Assembly (NCBI RefSeq): GCF_035594765.1
Contig: NW_026943825.1
Coordinates: forward strand, 434,001 to 498,000
DNA from: Anolis carolinensis
Taxonomy: Eukaryota
DNA length: 64,000 nucleotides
Direction: 5' to 3'
Both the position numbers and the translations under genes were made by a program. Below the pieces are notes generated by a model. The model was not told where the DNA came from, did not search any database, and worked only from the letters and a program-made list of their open reading frames with translations. Positions 26,947-39,364 of this stretch are shown here, one piece after another (position 1 is the first letter of the stretch; each line of letters begins with the position of its first letter).

Positions 26947-27254
26947 CAGTAGAGTCTCACTTATCCAACATAAACGGGCCGGCAGAATGTTGGATAAGTG
27001 AATATGTTGGATAATAAGGAGGCATTAAGGAAAAGCCTATTAAACATCAAATTAGGTTATGATTTTACAAATGAAGCACCAAAACATCATGTTAGACAAC
27101 AAATTTGGCAGAAAAAGTAGTTCAGTACGCAGTAATGCTATGTAGTAATTACTGTATTTATGAATTTAGCATCAAAATATTACGATATATTGGAATCATT
27201 GACTACAAAAATGCGTTGGATAATCCAGAACGTTGGATAAGCGAGACTCTACTG
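26947..27254. mobile_element. MITE family A
   Basis: TIRs present. Confidence 0.9.
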
Positions 27255-29118
27255 TTTGTGCGTTTCCCTTTCATTCGTGGATCAATTAATTGATTGACAA
27301 AGGGTGGCGGCCGCAAATGTTTGGCCACTCATTTGGGAGGGGTTTCCATCTCTTGCCGGTTTTTCTTTGCTTGGGATCTTAGACGGGAGAGCTGGCTTTC
27401 TATGAGAATATCTGCATTAGTTGAAGCATTGCTATGGCAAAAAGAAAGGAATGGATATTTGGGGAGGGAGGGAGGGGGCCCGGTTTGCATAAAGTGAAAG
27501 GAAAGTTATTGATAAAAGTGATGTAAAAGTAGTAGTATTGTAATAGTTTTTTTAAAATGGAGAAATGAGTTTGGAATTATATACAAATGAGGCTCAATCG
27601 ATCAAAATGGCAATCCAATCCAGACTCTGGGGGCAGACACTTTGTGTAGCTGGTGGGATAGCGGTCTGGTATTTTTCCTTTCTTTCTCTTCTCTTTCTTT
27701 CTTTCCTTCCTTTCTTTTCTTTCTCTCTTTGTCTTGTAAAAAAGAATCCCCAGCAATGCAAAGGCTACGACTGTTACGCCCCTCGGATCCAAACGACAGC
27801 AACACACATTGCAAACCTTTTTATTCCTTTCAGAATATTATTTTTTATTTTAATTTTTTTTTGCCTTGATGATGCGCATTTTGATGCCTAGTTGTTTGGG
27901 TTTGTTTTTTTTTAAAAAAAAAGAAAAGAAAAAAGGCAAAAGGGGGAAATGAGGAAAAAATTAGAACCTTTCTTTATAATTTAATATTCTATTTTAATAA
28001 ATGCATTTATTACATGTAAATGTATTAAGGAACTGGGCTAAATAAAAAAAATACTTTTTATTAGGTAATTTATTATTATAAGGAAAAAAGGATATTTTAT
28101 TTTATGATAAAGTGATCCTTACAAAGATTAGAATGTTTAGAATATATGTAGGTTAAAAAATACATTTGTATCCAGAGTATGGCTTAAAAAGTGTTTTTAA
28201 TATATGTTCCACTTTCTTTCCTTCCTCTTGTGTGTGCGTGTATGGTGTGTATCAGTGGATAGTGGTGGTGGTGGTGAGAATAGCCCTTCCAAGAAAGAAA
28301 ACGCTGCTGCAAGGTTGTATTTGACACACACACAAAAAAATAAGACTTTTAGAATTGGCAAAACGTCACTCTTTTTTAATAAGTTAAAACATTAAGGATT
28401 TGGCTGTGATTTCGAACTAGTCCCAACCCGAAGAGGCTGGGGTTATTATTTGATTCGACACGAGACTTCTAATGCGTACCGAGCAGAGGGCTCGGTGGCG
28501 TTGCAAATTTTGGGTGGAATCAGGCCGGTTCCGGTTCCGGTTCTTCTCGATAGAGATTGTGAAAGAGCCTTGAAAGCCGGGCCCAACAGCTGGGTTTGTC
28601 CTAAGTGGGAGCAAATCTTCCTAATACCATCTTCCTCGGCCAGCATTAAGCCTGAGGATCCCTGGTCTGATGTTGTAGTCTCCAAAGGGCACTTTGTTTG
28701 GATGGAGCAATAGGATATCTGGATGCGTTGAGCCTTCCCGTTGGGCTTCTGCATGGAGACTGGAGGCAGGAGGAAATCCCAAAGTTGTGGAGCACCATAC
28801 GGCCAAGACAGGAGAGCAGACCCCTCATCTGTCCCAGGGTTAGAATAACCTTAAAGCCCATTACGAAACCCCTCAAAGGCTCATTGCAAGTCTTAGAGAT
28901 CCCTAGAGAACCTTCTCTAGGAACGTCTAGCTCCTCCGAGATGATCCTTGGGTTAAGTGAATGCCATCAAATCTTTCATTAAACCTAAAAGGAGTTTTAT
29001 GGGTGCCGGAAGAGCTTCTGCACCTTCAAGTTCACCTTCTCAACTTGTGGCCTTCCAACGCCCAGGATTCCATACCATTGGCAATAGAGTCTTCTGGGAA
29101 TTGGAGGGCTGTGGGTTG

Positions 29119-29320
29119 ATGTTCCACCTGAACATCAGGAAGAACTTCCTCACTGTGAGAAGGGCTGTTCGGCAGTGGATCTCTCTCCCCCGGACTGTGG
29201 TGGAGGCTTTGAAGCAGAGGCTGGATGGCCATCTGTCAGGGGTGCTTTAAATGAGATTTTCCTGCTTCTTGGGTTGGACTGGATGGCCCCCGAGGTCTCT
29301 TCCAACTCTACGATTCTATG
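29119..29320 (+). mobile_element. CR1 LINE 3' end
   Basis: F-H-L-N-I-R-K-N-F-L-T-V-R...W..LP..VV CR1 ORF2 C-terminus and attctatga tail. Confidence 0.85.
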
Positions 29321-29474
29321 AGGAGAAAACTTGAAGGTGCAGAAACTCTTCTGGCGCCTGGATAGCTCCTTTAAGCATTGATGAAGGATTTGATGACTTA
29401 ACGATAGAGTCATCTCAGAGGAGCTAGATGTTTCCAGAGAAAATTCTCTAGCGTTGTTGTCAGGTACCTCACAA

Positions 29475-29515
29475 CCTCTGAGGATGCCTGCCATAGATGT
29501 GAGTGAAACGTCAGG
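29475..29515 (+). ncRNA. Minimal type I hammerhead ribozyme motif
   Basis: cct CTGAGGA [t gcctgc catagat gtgagt] GAAA C GTC agg: conserved core, palindromic ACGT helix III, GUC cleavage triplet. Confidence 0.65.
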
Positions 29516-29588
29516 AGAGAATACTTCTAGAACATGGCCAGACAGCCCGGAAAACATACAACAACCCTGTGATCCCGGCCATGAAAGC

Positions 29589-29863
29589 CAGGCCTGTAGC
29601 GAGGGGGGGGGGGGGGGTTAGGGGTTGAAACCCCCCCCCCCCCCGAAATTTTTCAAGTTATAAAAAAATCTCGTTTACTCATGAATTTTAACTGGTTAAC
29701 CAAATCCCCATGCTAAGTCTATGAGATGCAAAACATTAACAAGAGTCCCTCCAGGCACTATCTCAAGCAGATATTGACAGGTTTGTAGCGGGGAGGGGTG
29801 TGTGCTAGGGGTTCAACCCCCCCCCCCCCCGAAATTTTCAAAACCCCTCCCGAAATTTTTGGG
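29589..29863. mobile_element. hAT-like insertion inside the Penelope fragment
   Basis: Starts caggcctgtagc; 8-bp direct repeat atgaaagc at 29581-29588 and 29864-29871; right TIR not seen. Confidence 0.6.
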
Positions 29864-32800
29864 ATGAAAGCCTTCGACAACACAAATTCTCTAGCCATCT
29901 CTAAGACTTACAATGATAAGATCTTGTAAACCCATTCCTTCTGGCATTTGAGGAGAAAAGTTCCCAAAACTGTAAGCCTCTATTGTACCTTTGATGGGTT
30001 TGTAACGGGCCGAATGTTGTGGCTCTCGTCTCCGTTTTGGCTTCCCGGGGGGCCGTTCTGATCCCATTCCCTCCAGACCCCCAGTTTCTAGGGATACCAC
30101 GTTTATCAACGAGGCTGAAAAGAGCTTGAGGTACCCAGAGCCCACCTTCCTTGCAGGGCACATCTCCACCCCTTCGGCCTTTTGCTCAAAAGAATCGTCC
30201 CGTAGTTTTTAAACCAAATCACGAGAGAGAGAGAGAAAGGAAGAGAATAGAAAATAATCACTAAGTATATTAAAAAAAGAAGGAAATCTTTCTAAAAGTA
30301 TAACGCTTTCTAATGTATTTCTTATAATCGTATAGAGAAAGAATGAATAAAAGATGAATAGTAGATGCTATCCGTATTAAAAAAAGATAAGGAAAACTGA
30401 TAATCCCGGACTGAGCAGAATGTAGAGATCCGCTTCTCCCGAGGGGGGGGGGGGGGGGCGGGGGGTTCCACTTTCTGTGGCTTGTTTGTTGAAATCCCTG
30501 CCAAGACATTCCTTTGCTGAGATTTGAACCACGGTTTCGTCACTTTTCTGTCGGTCAAAGTGGTTAATGTTATTTTTTTATAAAAGGGGGAAAAGCGCGG
30601 GGGTTCTAATAGGAGTCTATTTTTTAAGAAAAAAAGAATTACGGTTTTGTTTCGTTTTGTTTACGTTGATCTTCTAAAGGATGTTTGTCAAACACCTGAG
30701 AAAAGGGAAAGAGGAGGCTAGAAGTTAGTCTGCTCCTTCCCGACTTCCTGCAGTAAGAACGGTTTTCGTTTCGTTTTATATTTTAAAGAGAAATGGGGAA
30801 ATTGGGAGAGAACGGCATAATTTTCATGGCAGTCGTTTTGTTTTTCCTTTGAAAGCAAGTTAATGTTTTCCTTCAGAGACACAAAAAGGAAAAGAAGGAA
30901 GGAAAGGCATTTTCCAAAAAAGTTCAGGAAGGTTTTGGCACCAAACTTGATGAAACCATCTACTTATACAGAAAAAAATAACCGAATATCCACAATAAAC
31001 TATATTTGATCCCCAAAAGCTTGGGGTCAGTAGTTCATGCCGATGAAAACGTGCGGCTGGTAGAATTCATCCATTTTATCCATGGACCACAACAAGATGC
31101 CCACTTACAGATTTCAAGAGGACCATCTGGAATAAAGAAAACAGTCTTGTCCAAAGTTACTCCATCATTTCTTCCTCCAATTCATCTGTAGCATCTGTTC
31201 AACAGATAGACAGGAGATGGAAGCGTAACCCCGACATCTCCATTACCTAGATCCCTTTCATTCAACTTCAGCTGAAAACATAACTGCTCCATATCATATT
31301 TGTCTTGCAAAACTACAATTGAACACTCGTTGTGGGCCATTTCTGTGTTTCGTTTTGTGCAGATCCAGGATCCTTGGAAGGAGCCAATAAGGAGGACATC
31401 TGGGAGAAGGTGGATTTCGGGCATTATTTCGGGGAGTATCCATGGCCACATATCCGAAGGCCTCTCTGCAAAAGAAGAATCAAATTGCCACCCGTGGCCC
31501 CTTTCCCACCATTCTCTTGGCTCTTTTCCTTGGTGTCTTACTACACTCTAAACTCTTGGGATATCTGTGGCATCATCGTGATGGTTGTAAATGATGACAT
31601 AGTGTACAGTGACTGCTGTCAGTCATTGAGCGACGCCTCTGAGGCCTTGCAGTCAGCTTCTTTGGGGCACTTCCTTTGCCAGGCCTTGTAAAGAGAAAAC
31701 CCCAAACTTGGTGCAACTGTCGGACCCCTAGACAACCCTTCAGTTGGTGATCTTCACTTTGCAAGAGTTGCTTTGCCCCACATTCTGAAGGAAATGGGAA
31801 AAATGCTGCTGCAAGACGGGACCACTCAAATCCGATTTCCCTTGTGTTTGGTACCAACGTGGACTTGATCTCGTCCCTCTTTGACAGACGTCCAGATCCA
31901 CTGCGTCCGGCCAGTATGGATGGAGAGTACCTCGCAACCTCTTTCGAAAATGTGATGAGCTCCGTCCCAGACTTCTTGATGTCTTACAGTCATAGGAACT
32001 GTTTTGTTTTTCTTTCCAGCCAGAATCCCATTTGGGTCTGAAACGAAGTGGCGAATCGCTTCGGGCTTCAAGAAGACCCCAGGCGGCCGCTTCACTGTTT
32101 TTAGGACCAGAGGTTCCTTTCAATGTTCCTTTCCTCGTTTTATTTTACCTCATTGTTCCTTTTTCTTTGAGATACTTGAACGGCTTGACAGCGAGACCCT
32201 GGACTGAACCTCAGTTTGCACTTTACGGAAGGCTTCTATCTATATCAGAGCTTGGGGCCACCTCCCAGAGCCACCCCTTATCTTGACCTTATCTCTTTGC
32301 GTCCTGAAACCTCCCACCTCTGAAATGTAAAAAGGTTTGACCACAGAAATGTAGAATCGAAGAAGAGTAGGAAGACGAAGGATGGGTTCCCCAGATTCTA
32401 AGGACTTCATCACATGGACTATCGGTCGAAAAGCCTCTGCCGCCGCTTCTCCAGCTCTCCGTTGCTCTCTTTTTTCAGCGGCTCTTTATCACTTTGCGGC
32501 AACGGAATGGGACCGGGAAGGATACGTCCCATCCCATGTGTTTTTAGCTTTAAAGAGCGGATCAAATCGCACAAGACCATTACTCAACCCATGGTGGGAA
32601 CTCCCTCCGCCGGGCTCATTTCAAAGATGGCCTGGACGTAATTCAACATCACGTGATGGGTTCCGTGCCCCTCCATGATTGAAATCGGCCTGAAATGTCC
32701 TTGGACGGGGAAATAAATCAGTGTGATGAAGTCCTGGATCAAGTTGGCCATTTTTCGTATCATCCTATTAACGTCTCATCCTTGCTTTACGCACCATTTT

Positions 32801-35110
32801 GATAACACCGGACATAGGTCTTGTCCATTTCTGTTCCCGTATGAGTCACGATGAATGTTCAACCTGTTGCCACCAAGCTCTGATATATGTAGAGAGACTC
32901 TTTAAGTTTACAGCAGCTCAGACAGACCGAACGGCTGCCTCTCCGCCCCGTAGCTCTGCTTCATTTCTCTTTCCGGCAGGAGTGATGACAAGGGCTTAAA
33001 CCCCCTTAAGCCCACTTCTGGACCAATGTTCTCCAGATCCCACAATGGTCCCAATGTACAGAGTCGGCCTTTTCGTAATACCTGGCTTAGGCAGCGAGGA
33101 GCCTGTTTGGCCTTTTCTCTTCGGCTTCCAGTAAAATCAGGAGTTGCCTTTTCGGTCCGTCAGAAATACTTGAGCTTTGATATTTTGTAAGTATTTAATT
33201 TTGTACAAATATGACTGTCGGAACTCAAAACAACCGCAACCGGGACCTACTTTTGCTCGTGTTTACATTACAATACAAGGAAACCTCATGGGCAGGAATG
33301 GCGCCTGCTTTTAGTACGTAAAAGGAGAAGCAAGGAATCGATCTGGATCCCGGGTGCCGCTTTTCTGGGATACAGAGGCGAATCCTGCTCTGCTTTTTGG
33401 CGCAAGCAAGGGCGATCTGGATTTAGAGGGAGCCAAGGAAGCCGGAGGGCGTCTGGAATCCCTTCTGGGATTAAGGTATTTGCGGGAATGAAATCTGGAA
33501 CGGCCTGGTGCTGAAAACTGAGATTGAAGAGAAACCGCTGTTCCCTTTTGCATGAGTTTGGTCTGCAAACAGAATATCATACAATGAGTTTATCTTGGTT
33601 GTGTTTAGGAGTGGAAATGCGCCGCTTTCAGGTTCAGAACCATATCCAGGAATCCTTGAGGTGAGAATCGGTTCCTGTGTCTGAACGGAGGAAGGCTCCA
33701 ATCTGTTCAAAGGTCTTCCATGAGCTCAACTCGGATGAAGGAACACAACAATGGAGACACCAAGGCCATCCATTGGTAGAGGAGCATTGTAGAGGAGGGC
33801 TTTGTCTGCTGGTTGGGCAGAATTGCACTGCTTTTTGTGAAATAATAATAACAATGTCTGGTGCTAAAACAGCCTTTTCTGCGTAATGGTCCATTCACTA
33901 ACTTGGACTTGTTTACTTGTTCTGCTTTGTTTCGGTCTGTGGCTCCGCCTCTCCCTCCGTCCGGGCGCTGTCGCATCTCATTTTTCTTTTACAGGACACT
34001 ACAAATCCCAGAATCCCTCGGCGGGGTTGGCCTCAGACATGGATGGGCATTAGGGTTTGCCAGGGGGATATTTCTGGTTGGCCCATCATTCTGTACAACC
34101 TTTTCTCCTTGGACCATCGCTGTCCAATCTCCCTTTGGGTCACTGGGATTTGCTGGTCGATCTCAAACCTTGTTGGTTTTGCTTTTATGACATCATATTT
34201 GAGGCTGCAAAGTGTGGATGGGCAACTGAGGCAAGTCCAAGGGCAGCTTTTATAGCTCACATCAATTTGAAACAAAGCAAAAAACAAAAGCCTCAACAGG
34301 GCCAGAGGTTATATTTATGGTGCGCATGGGAATCTTTTGGTAATGAAACCATTCGTCATTGTTTTGGCCACGAAAAGGCCAAGGATGCCAACAAGGTCTT
34401 GCCCTTTGCCCATCCACGACTTCAAGTCCACAAGGGCTGTGAAAATCTTAAATAACCCCTCTTTTAAATATGGTGCTGAAATCTTTGTTCTGTTTTTCAA
34501 TATGATTTTCTATTGTGTACACCGTTTGCCAAGGGTTTTCGAAGCTCCGTCCATCCCTTTGCCTCGTTTTTGGGGCTTTTTTTGTCATAGGAAACCGGTA
34601 TCCAATGCTTAGAAAGCCGTATTCTCTCTCTCTCTATCTCGCTTGACAAGATAGAATAATAAACAAAAACCCAGGGAAATGGAAGGAGAGAGAAGCCCGG
34701 AAATGGTAACCCAAACAGAAAGTAAAAGGAGGAGAAGAAAAAAAGACGGAGAAGGAAAAGACAACTAGTTAGACTCAGTGTCTGAGTTCGGAGGCATATA
34801 GTTAAAAAAAAAGAAGATTTTTTAAAAGTTAAAGTTAAAAGAGAGAATTAATGATGTTGCACAACTTGTAGGAAAACAAAGAAGGGAAAGGGTTATTGTA
34901 TTAAATGTGCTAAATTACATTAAGAACTTAATTTTATTAAAGTATTATTATTACTTAAGAAATGTGTGGTGTCTTGGCTTTGACTGGTTCTTGGAGAAAT
35001 GGCCGTTTCCACTGCTGTTTGCTGCCTCGACTTTTTCTATTCTTCCCTACCCATAAGAACAGAACCCATGCGAGTGCAAATCCCCTCCAGTTTGTCAGGG
35101 ATGATAATAA

Positions 35111-35157
35111 ACACTTGGGAAGTGTTTGACTTGTGATTTTGTGATACGAAATCCAGC

Positions 35158-35196
<39 letters not shown>

Positions 35197-35457
35197 GCGC
35201 TATCAGGACCTCAAGATTGAACTGCAAAGACTCTGGCAGAAACCAGTGCAGGTGGTCCCGGTGGTGATGGGCACACTGGGTGCCGTGCCAAAAGATCTCA
35301 GCCGGCATTTGGAAACAATAGGCATTGACAAAATTACGATCTGCCAACTGCAAAAGGCCACCCGACTGGGATCTGCACGCATCATCCGAAAATACATCAC
35401 ACAGTCCTAGACACTTGGGAAGTGTTCGACTTGTGATTTTGTGATACGAAATCCAGC

Positions 35458-35511
<54 letters not shown>

Positions 35512-35799
35512 GCGCTATCAGGACCTCAAGATTGAACTGCAAAGACTCTGGCAGAAACCAGTGCAGGTGGTCCCGGTGGTGATGGGCACACTGGGTGCCG
35601 TGCCAAAAGATCTCAGCCGGCATTTGGAAACAATAGGCATTGACAAAATTACGATCTGCCAACTGCAAAAGGCCACCCGACTGGGATCTGCACGCATCAT
35701 CCGAAAATACATCACACAGCCCTAGACATTTGGGAAGTGTTCGACTTGGGATTTTGTGATACGAAATCCAGCATATCTACCTTGTTTGCTGTGCCATAA

Positions 35800-35846
<47 letters not shown>

Positions 35847-36075
35847 CAATAATAATAATAATACATCACACAGTCCTAGACGCTTGGGAAGTGTTCGACT
35901 TGTGATTTTGTGATACGAAATCCAGCATGTCTATCTTGTTTGCTGTGTCATACAATAATAATAATAATATACATCACACAGTCCTAGACACTTGGGAAGT
36001 TTTCGACTTGTGATTTTGTGATACGAAATCCAGCATATCTATCTTGTTTGCTGTGTCATAATAATAATAATAATA
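35111..36075 (+). mobile_element. Array of truncated R4/Dong-clade LINE 3' ends in (TAA)n
   Basis: Encodes RYQDLKIELQRLWQKPVQVVPVVMGTLGAVPKDL...ARIIRKYITQS-stop (RLE endonuclease C-terminus) twice; five 3' UTR copies, each next to TAA runs. Confidence 0.85.
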
Positions 36076-36710
36076 GGAGGGGGAGGACTATTAGATCCCT
36101 ACTCAGCTCCCTTGGGGAAGTCACATTCTCTCAGCCTCAGAAGAAGCCAGCTTTGAACGAACCAGAAAACTCTAGGAGAAGTTTCCTGTTGAAGCTGTTG
36201 AGCTGGTCATAATCTGTTTTCTGAGCCAAGATGAGCGCATCTTCCGGCACAGCCTTGCTCAGGCTGACCTCTCCTTGTAAAGATAGCCAGGTGACGCTGA
36301 GGATGATGACAGAATGATGATGAAGAAGAAGCCGGAGAGGCTGACTCAATGGAGTTGCTGGAAGGGAAAAGCCAAGGCACGAAATGGAGCTGTAAAAAAC
36401 ACCGTTTAAATCCTTGCCATTCTGTATCACCAGGATCTGAACTGTGACTCAGAGCAGTTTGGCGCCTGAGAGAAGCCCATCGAATCCCAAGCCAATCAAT
36501 AGCAAGATAAGGAATTAGTATCAGAGGAGAAGCCTGGGTTGAATTTGATCCCAAGGGCAGCAAGACCCCAAAACGGAGGGAATTGAACCGGGTGGGATGC
36601 AAAGGACGGGGTGGTCAACACAACACCGTCTACCTGCATTGGGACTTTTCGGAGCCATTTAGGATTCCATTGGACTCTCTTCTGCCTCAACATTTGACAA
36701 GTCTCCAAGT

Positions 36711-38074
36711 CAGGGGTCCCCAAACTAAGGCCCGGGGGCCGGATGTAGCCCTCCAAGGTCATTTACCTGGCCCCCACCCTCAGTTTTATAATATAATATT
36801 TTTATATCAGTTTTGATAATATAATATATTGTATATACATATAATATTGATAATCTTATACAATATAATACTTATAGTAATACCATATAATAATATTAAT
36901 TATATGTTATATATTACACATTATATAATAGTATAGTGGTATAGTTCAGTATAGTAATATATACAGTAGAGTCTCACTTATCCAAGCTAAATGGGCCGGC
37001 AGAAGCTTGGATAAATGAATATCTTGGAAAATAAGGAGGGATTAAGGAAAAGCCTATTAAACATCAAATTAGGTTATGATTTTACAAATTAAGCACCAAA
37101 ACTTCATGCTATACAACAAATTTGACATAAAAAGCAGTTCAATACACAGTAATGTTATGTTGTAATTACTGTATTTACGAATTTAGCACCAAAATATCAT
37201 GATACATTGAAAACATTGACTATAAAAATGGCTTGGATTATCCAGAGGCTTGGATAAGTGAGACTCTACTGTAATACTAATATTGTGCTATGCTAATAAT
37301 ATAATATATTGTATATACATATAATATTGATAATAATCTTATGTTATACAATATAATACTAAGAGTAATACCATATAATAATATTAATTATATGTTATAT
37401 ATTACACATTATATAATAGCATAGTGGTATAGTTCAATATAGTAATATATAATGCTAATAATGTGTTATGCTAATAATATAATATATTGTATATACATAT
37501 AATATTGATAATCTTATACAATATAATACTTATAGTAATACCATATAATAATATTAATTATATGTTATATATTACACATTATATAATAGCATAGTGGTAT
37601 AGTTCAATATAGTAATATATAATGCTAATATTGTGTTATGCTAATAATATAATATATTGTATGTACATACAGCTGCTCTGAGTCCCCTTTGGGGTGAGAA
37701 GGGTGGGATATAAATGTAGTAAATAAATGCAGTAAATAAATAATTAATTTTAGACTTAGGCTCGGCCAAAGTCTGAAATGACTTGAAGGCACACAACAAC
37801 AACAACAACAATCCTAATTAACTTGACTATCTCATTGGCCAGTAGTAGGCCCACACTTTCCATTGAAATCCTGATAGGTTTATGTTGGTTAAAATTGTTT
37901 TCATTTTTAAATATTGTATTGTACTTTCATTGTTGTTGTTTTGCACTACAAATAAGACATGTGCAGTATGCATAGGAATTTGTTTGTATTTTTTTTTCCA
38001 AATGATAATTCGGCCCCTCCACAGTCTGAAGGATTGTGGACAGACCCTCGGCTTTAAAAGTTTGGGGACCCCTG
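36711..38074 (+). mobile_element. Non-autonomous hAT (Charlie/OC1-like) with AT-rich duplicated interior, L2 tail and nested MITE
   Basis: 16-bp TIR caggggtccccaaact; TSD ctccaagt/cgccaagt. Confidence 0.85.
36964..37271. mobile_element. MITE family A nested in hAT element
   Basis: TIRs and TA flanks. Confidence 0.9.
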
Positions 38075-38159
38075 CGCCAAGTCTTCAAGGAAAGGCCACT
38101 GGCTCCGACTCCCGTCCCATATGGAAGCAGCAAATATACATTTGTGTTCCTATCATCCT

Positions 38160-38165
38160 TTTATT
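38160..38165 (-). terminator. Probable polyadenylation signal of the Rab11-like gene
   Basis: AATAAA on the - strand about 270 nt past the stop codon. Confidence 0.5.
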
Positions 38166-38432
38166 GGTGCACACCACACGTCGGGAAACCGGGACACCTC
38201 CTCTTCCCACCATCCCACATCTCCCACCGGATTGAATTCCCTGAAACAGCAGCATCTTCGAGGGAAGCAGCAAAAGGATCCCGGGACAGAGACACCATTC
38301 AAAGGGGCCGACAGTTGGGCCTGGGTCCCCAAAAACCTCTTCCCATGAAAGAGGAGCATTTTCTGACTGAAGATGGGAAACACAAGGCTCCAAAGAAGCA
38401 AAAGGCTCATGGTCCGTTCCGGGGAGCGATGG

Positions 38433-38581
38433 TCAGATGTTCTGGCAGCAGGGCGCCTGCCGGCCTTCCTGCTGCGTGGGCAGGACGCGGATGGGCTCGA
38501 TGGCCGTGCTGCCGCTGGGGCTGAACTCGGCCTCCGGGGCCCCGCCGGACATCTGCCGCTGGGACACGATCCGGTAGATCT
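38433..38581 (-). CDS. Rab11-like GTPase exon 5 (hypervariable tail, CCQNI prenylation motif)
   Basis: Acceptor cccgcag|AG; EIYRIVSQRQMSGGAPEAEFSPSGSTAIEPIRVLPTQQEGRQAPCCQNI-TGA. Confidence 0.93.
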
Positions 38582-38735
38582 CTGCGGGACGGAAGGAGAG
38601 GCCGGAAGGTCAGCCACGGCCCCATCAAAGGGGACTTCAGGTCCCAGTGGCCAGACTGGGACAATGGGGGATGCAGTCCTCCATGGAAGATTGGCCAAAG
38701 GACGGCATTGGAGGACTATTTATTTATTTGCAGTA

Positions 38736-39058
38736 CAGTAGAGTCTCACTTATCCAACATAAACAGGCCGGCAGAATGTTGGATAAGCGAATATGTTGGA
38801 TAATAAGAAGGGATTAAGGAAAAGCCTATTAAACATCAAATTAGGTTATGGTTTTACAAATTAAGCACCAAAAGATCATGTTAGACAACAAATTTGACAG
38901 AAAAAGTAGTTCAATAGGCAGTAATGCTATGTAGTAATGACTGTATTTACGAATTTAGCACCAAAATATCATGATGTATTGGAAACATTGACTACAAAAA
39001 TGCGTTGGATAATCCAGAACGTTGGATAAGCGAGTGTTGGATAAGTGAGACTCTACTG
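38736..39058. mobile_element. MITE family A
   Basis: TIRs and TA flanks. Confidence 0.9.
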
Positions 39059-39273
39059 TATTTCTATCCCGCCCTTCTTTCTCACCCCGAAGGGGACTCC
39101 GGGCGGATCCCATTACACCTATAAGGCAAACATTCAATGCCTTTAACATAGAACAGAGGCAAAGACAAACACAGGCTCCGGGCTGGCCTGGAACTCATGA
39201 GTGATTTGTTGCAGCTGGCTGGCTGCTCACCAGCCTGCGCCACAGCCCGGGCCTCGTAATGATGCCAACAGAC

Positions 39274-39354
39274 CTGTGAGGATGTTCTGGAAGGCCGTCT
39301 CCACGTTGGTGGAATCCAGCGCCGAGGTCTCGATGAAGGCCAAGCCGTTTTTTT
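39274..39354 (-). CDS. Rab11-like GTPase exon 4 (81 nt, G5 ETSAL)
   Basis: ccccag|AA; [27 protein letters not shown]; donor G|gtctgt. Confidence 0.93.
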
Positions 39355-39364
39355 CTGGGGCAGA

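Larger units (their letters stand above)
19639..28200 (+). other. MEX3A: Probable MEX3A long 3' UTR
   Basis: Follows the stop codon; AU-rich blocks near 20.9-21.1, 23.8-24.2 and 27.5-28.2 kb; AATAAA at 27996 and 28041, GU-rich tract near 28228. True end not determinable from sequence. Confidence 0.55.
29453..29883 (+). mobile_element. Penelope-like terminal fragment with hammerhead motif
   Basis: Homologous to 6532-6653; flanked by 12-bp direct repeat aaattctctagc (29441-29452, 29884-29895). Confidence 0.8.
28880..29915. mobile_element. Old foldback element (diverged inverted arms) interrupted by younger insertions
   Basis: Left arm 28880-29032 is the diverged reverse complement of 29327-29452 plus 29896-29915. 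Confidence 0.7.

Noticed and set aside
28400-35100. Possible endogenous viral element or hidden gene in unique sequence
   Set aside because: The ORF track and partial hand translation gave only short ORFs with no polymerase, capsid or envelope motif; GGLCLLVGQNC and RRGILGFV lookalikes lack context. A BLASTx/HMM search would be decisive.
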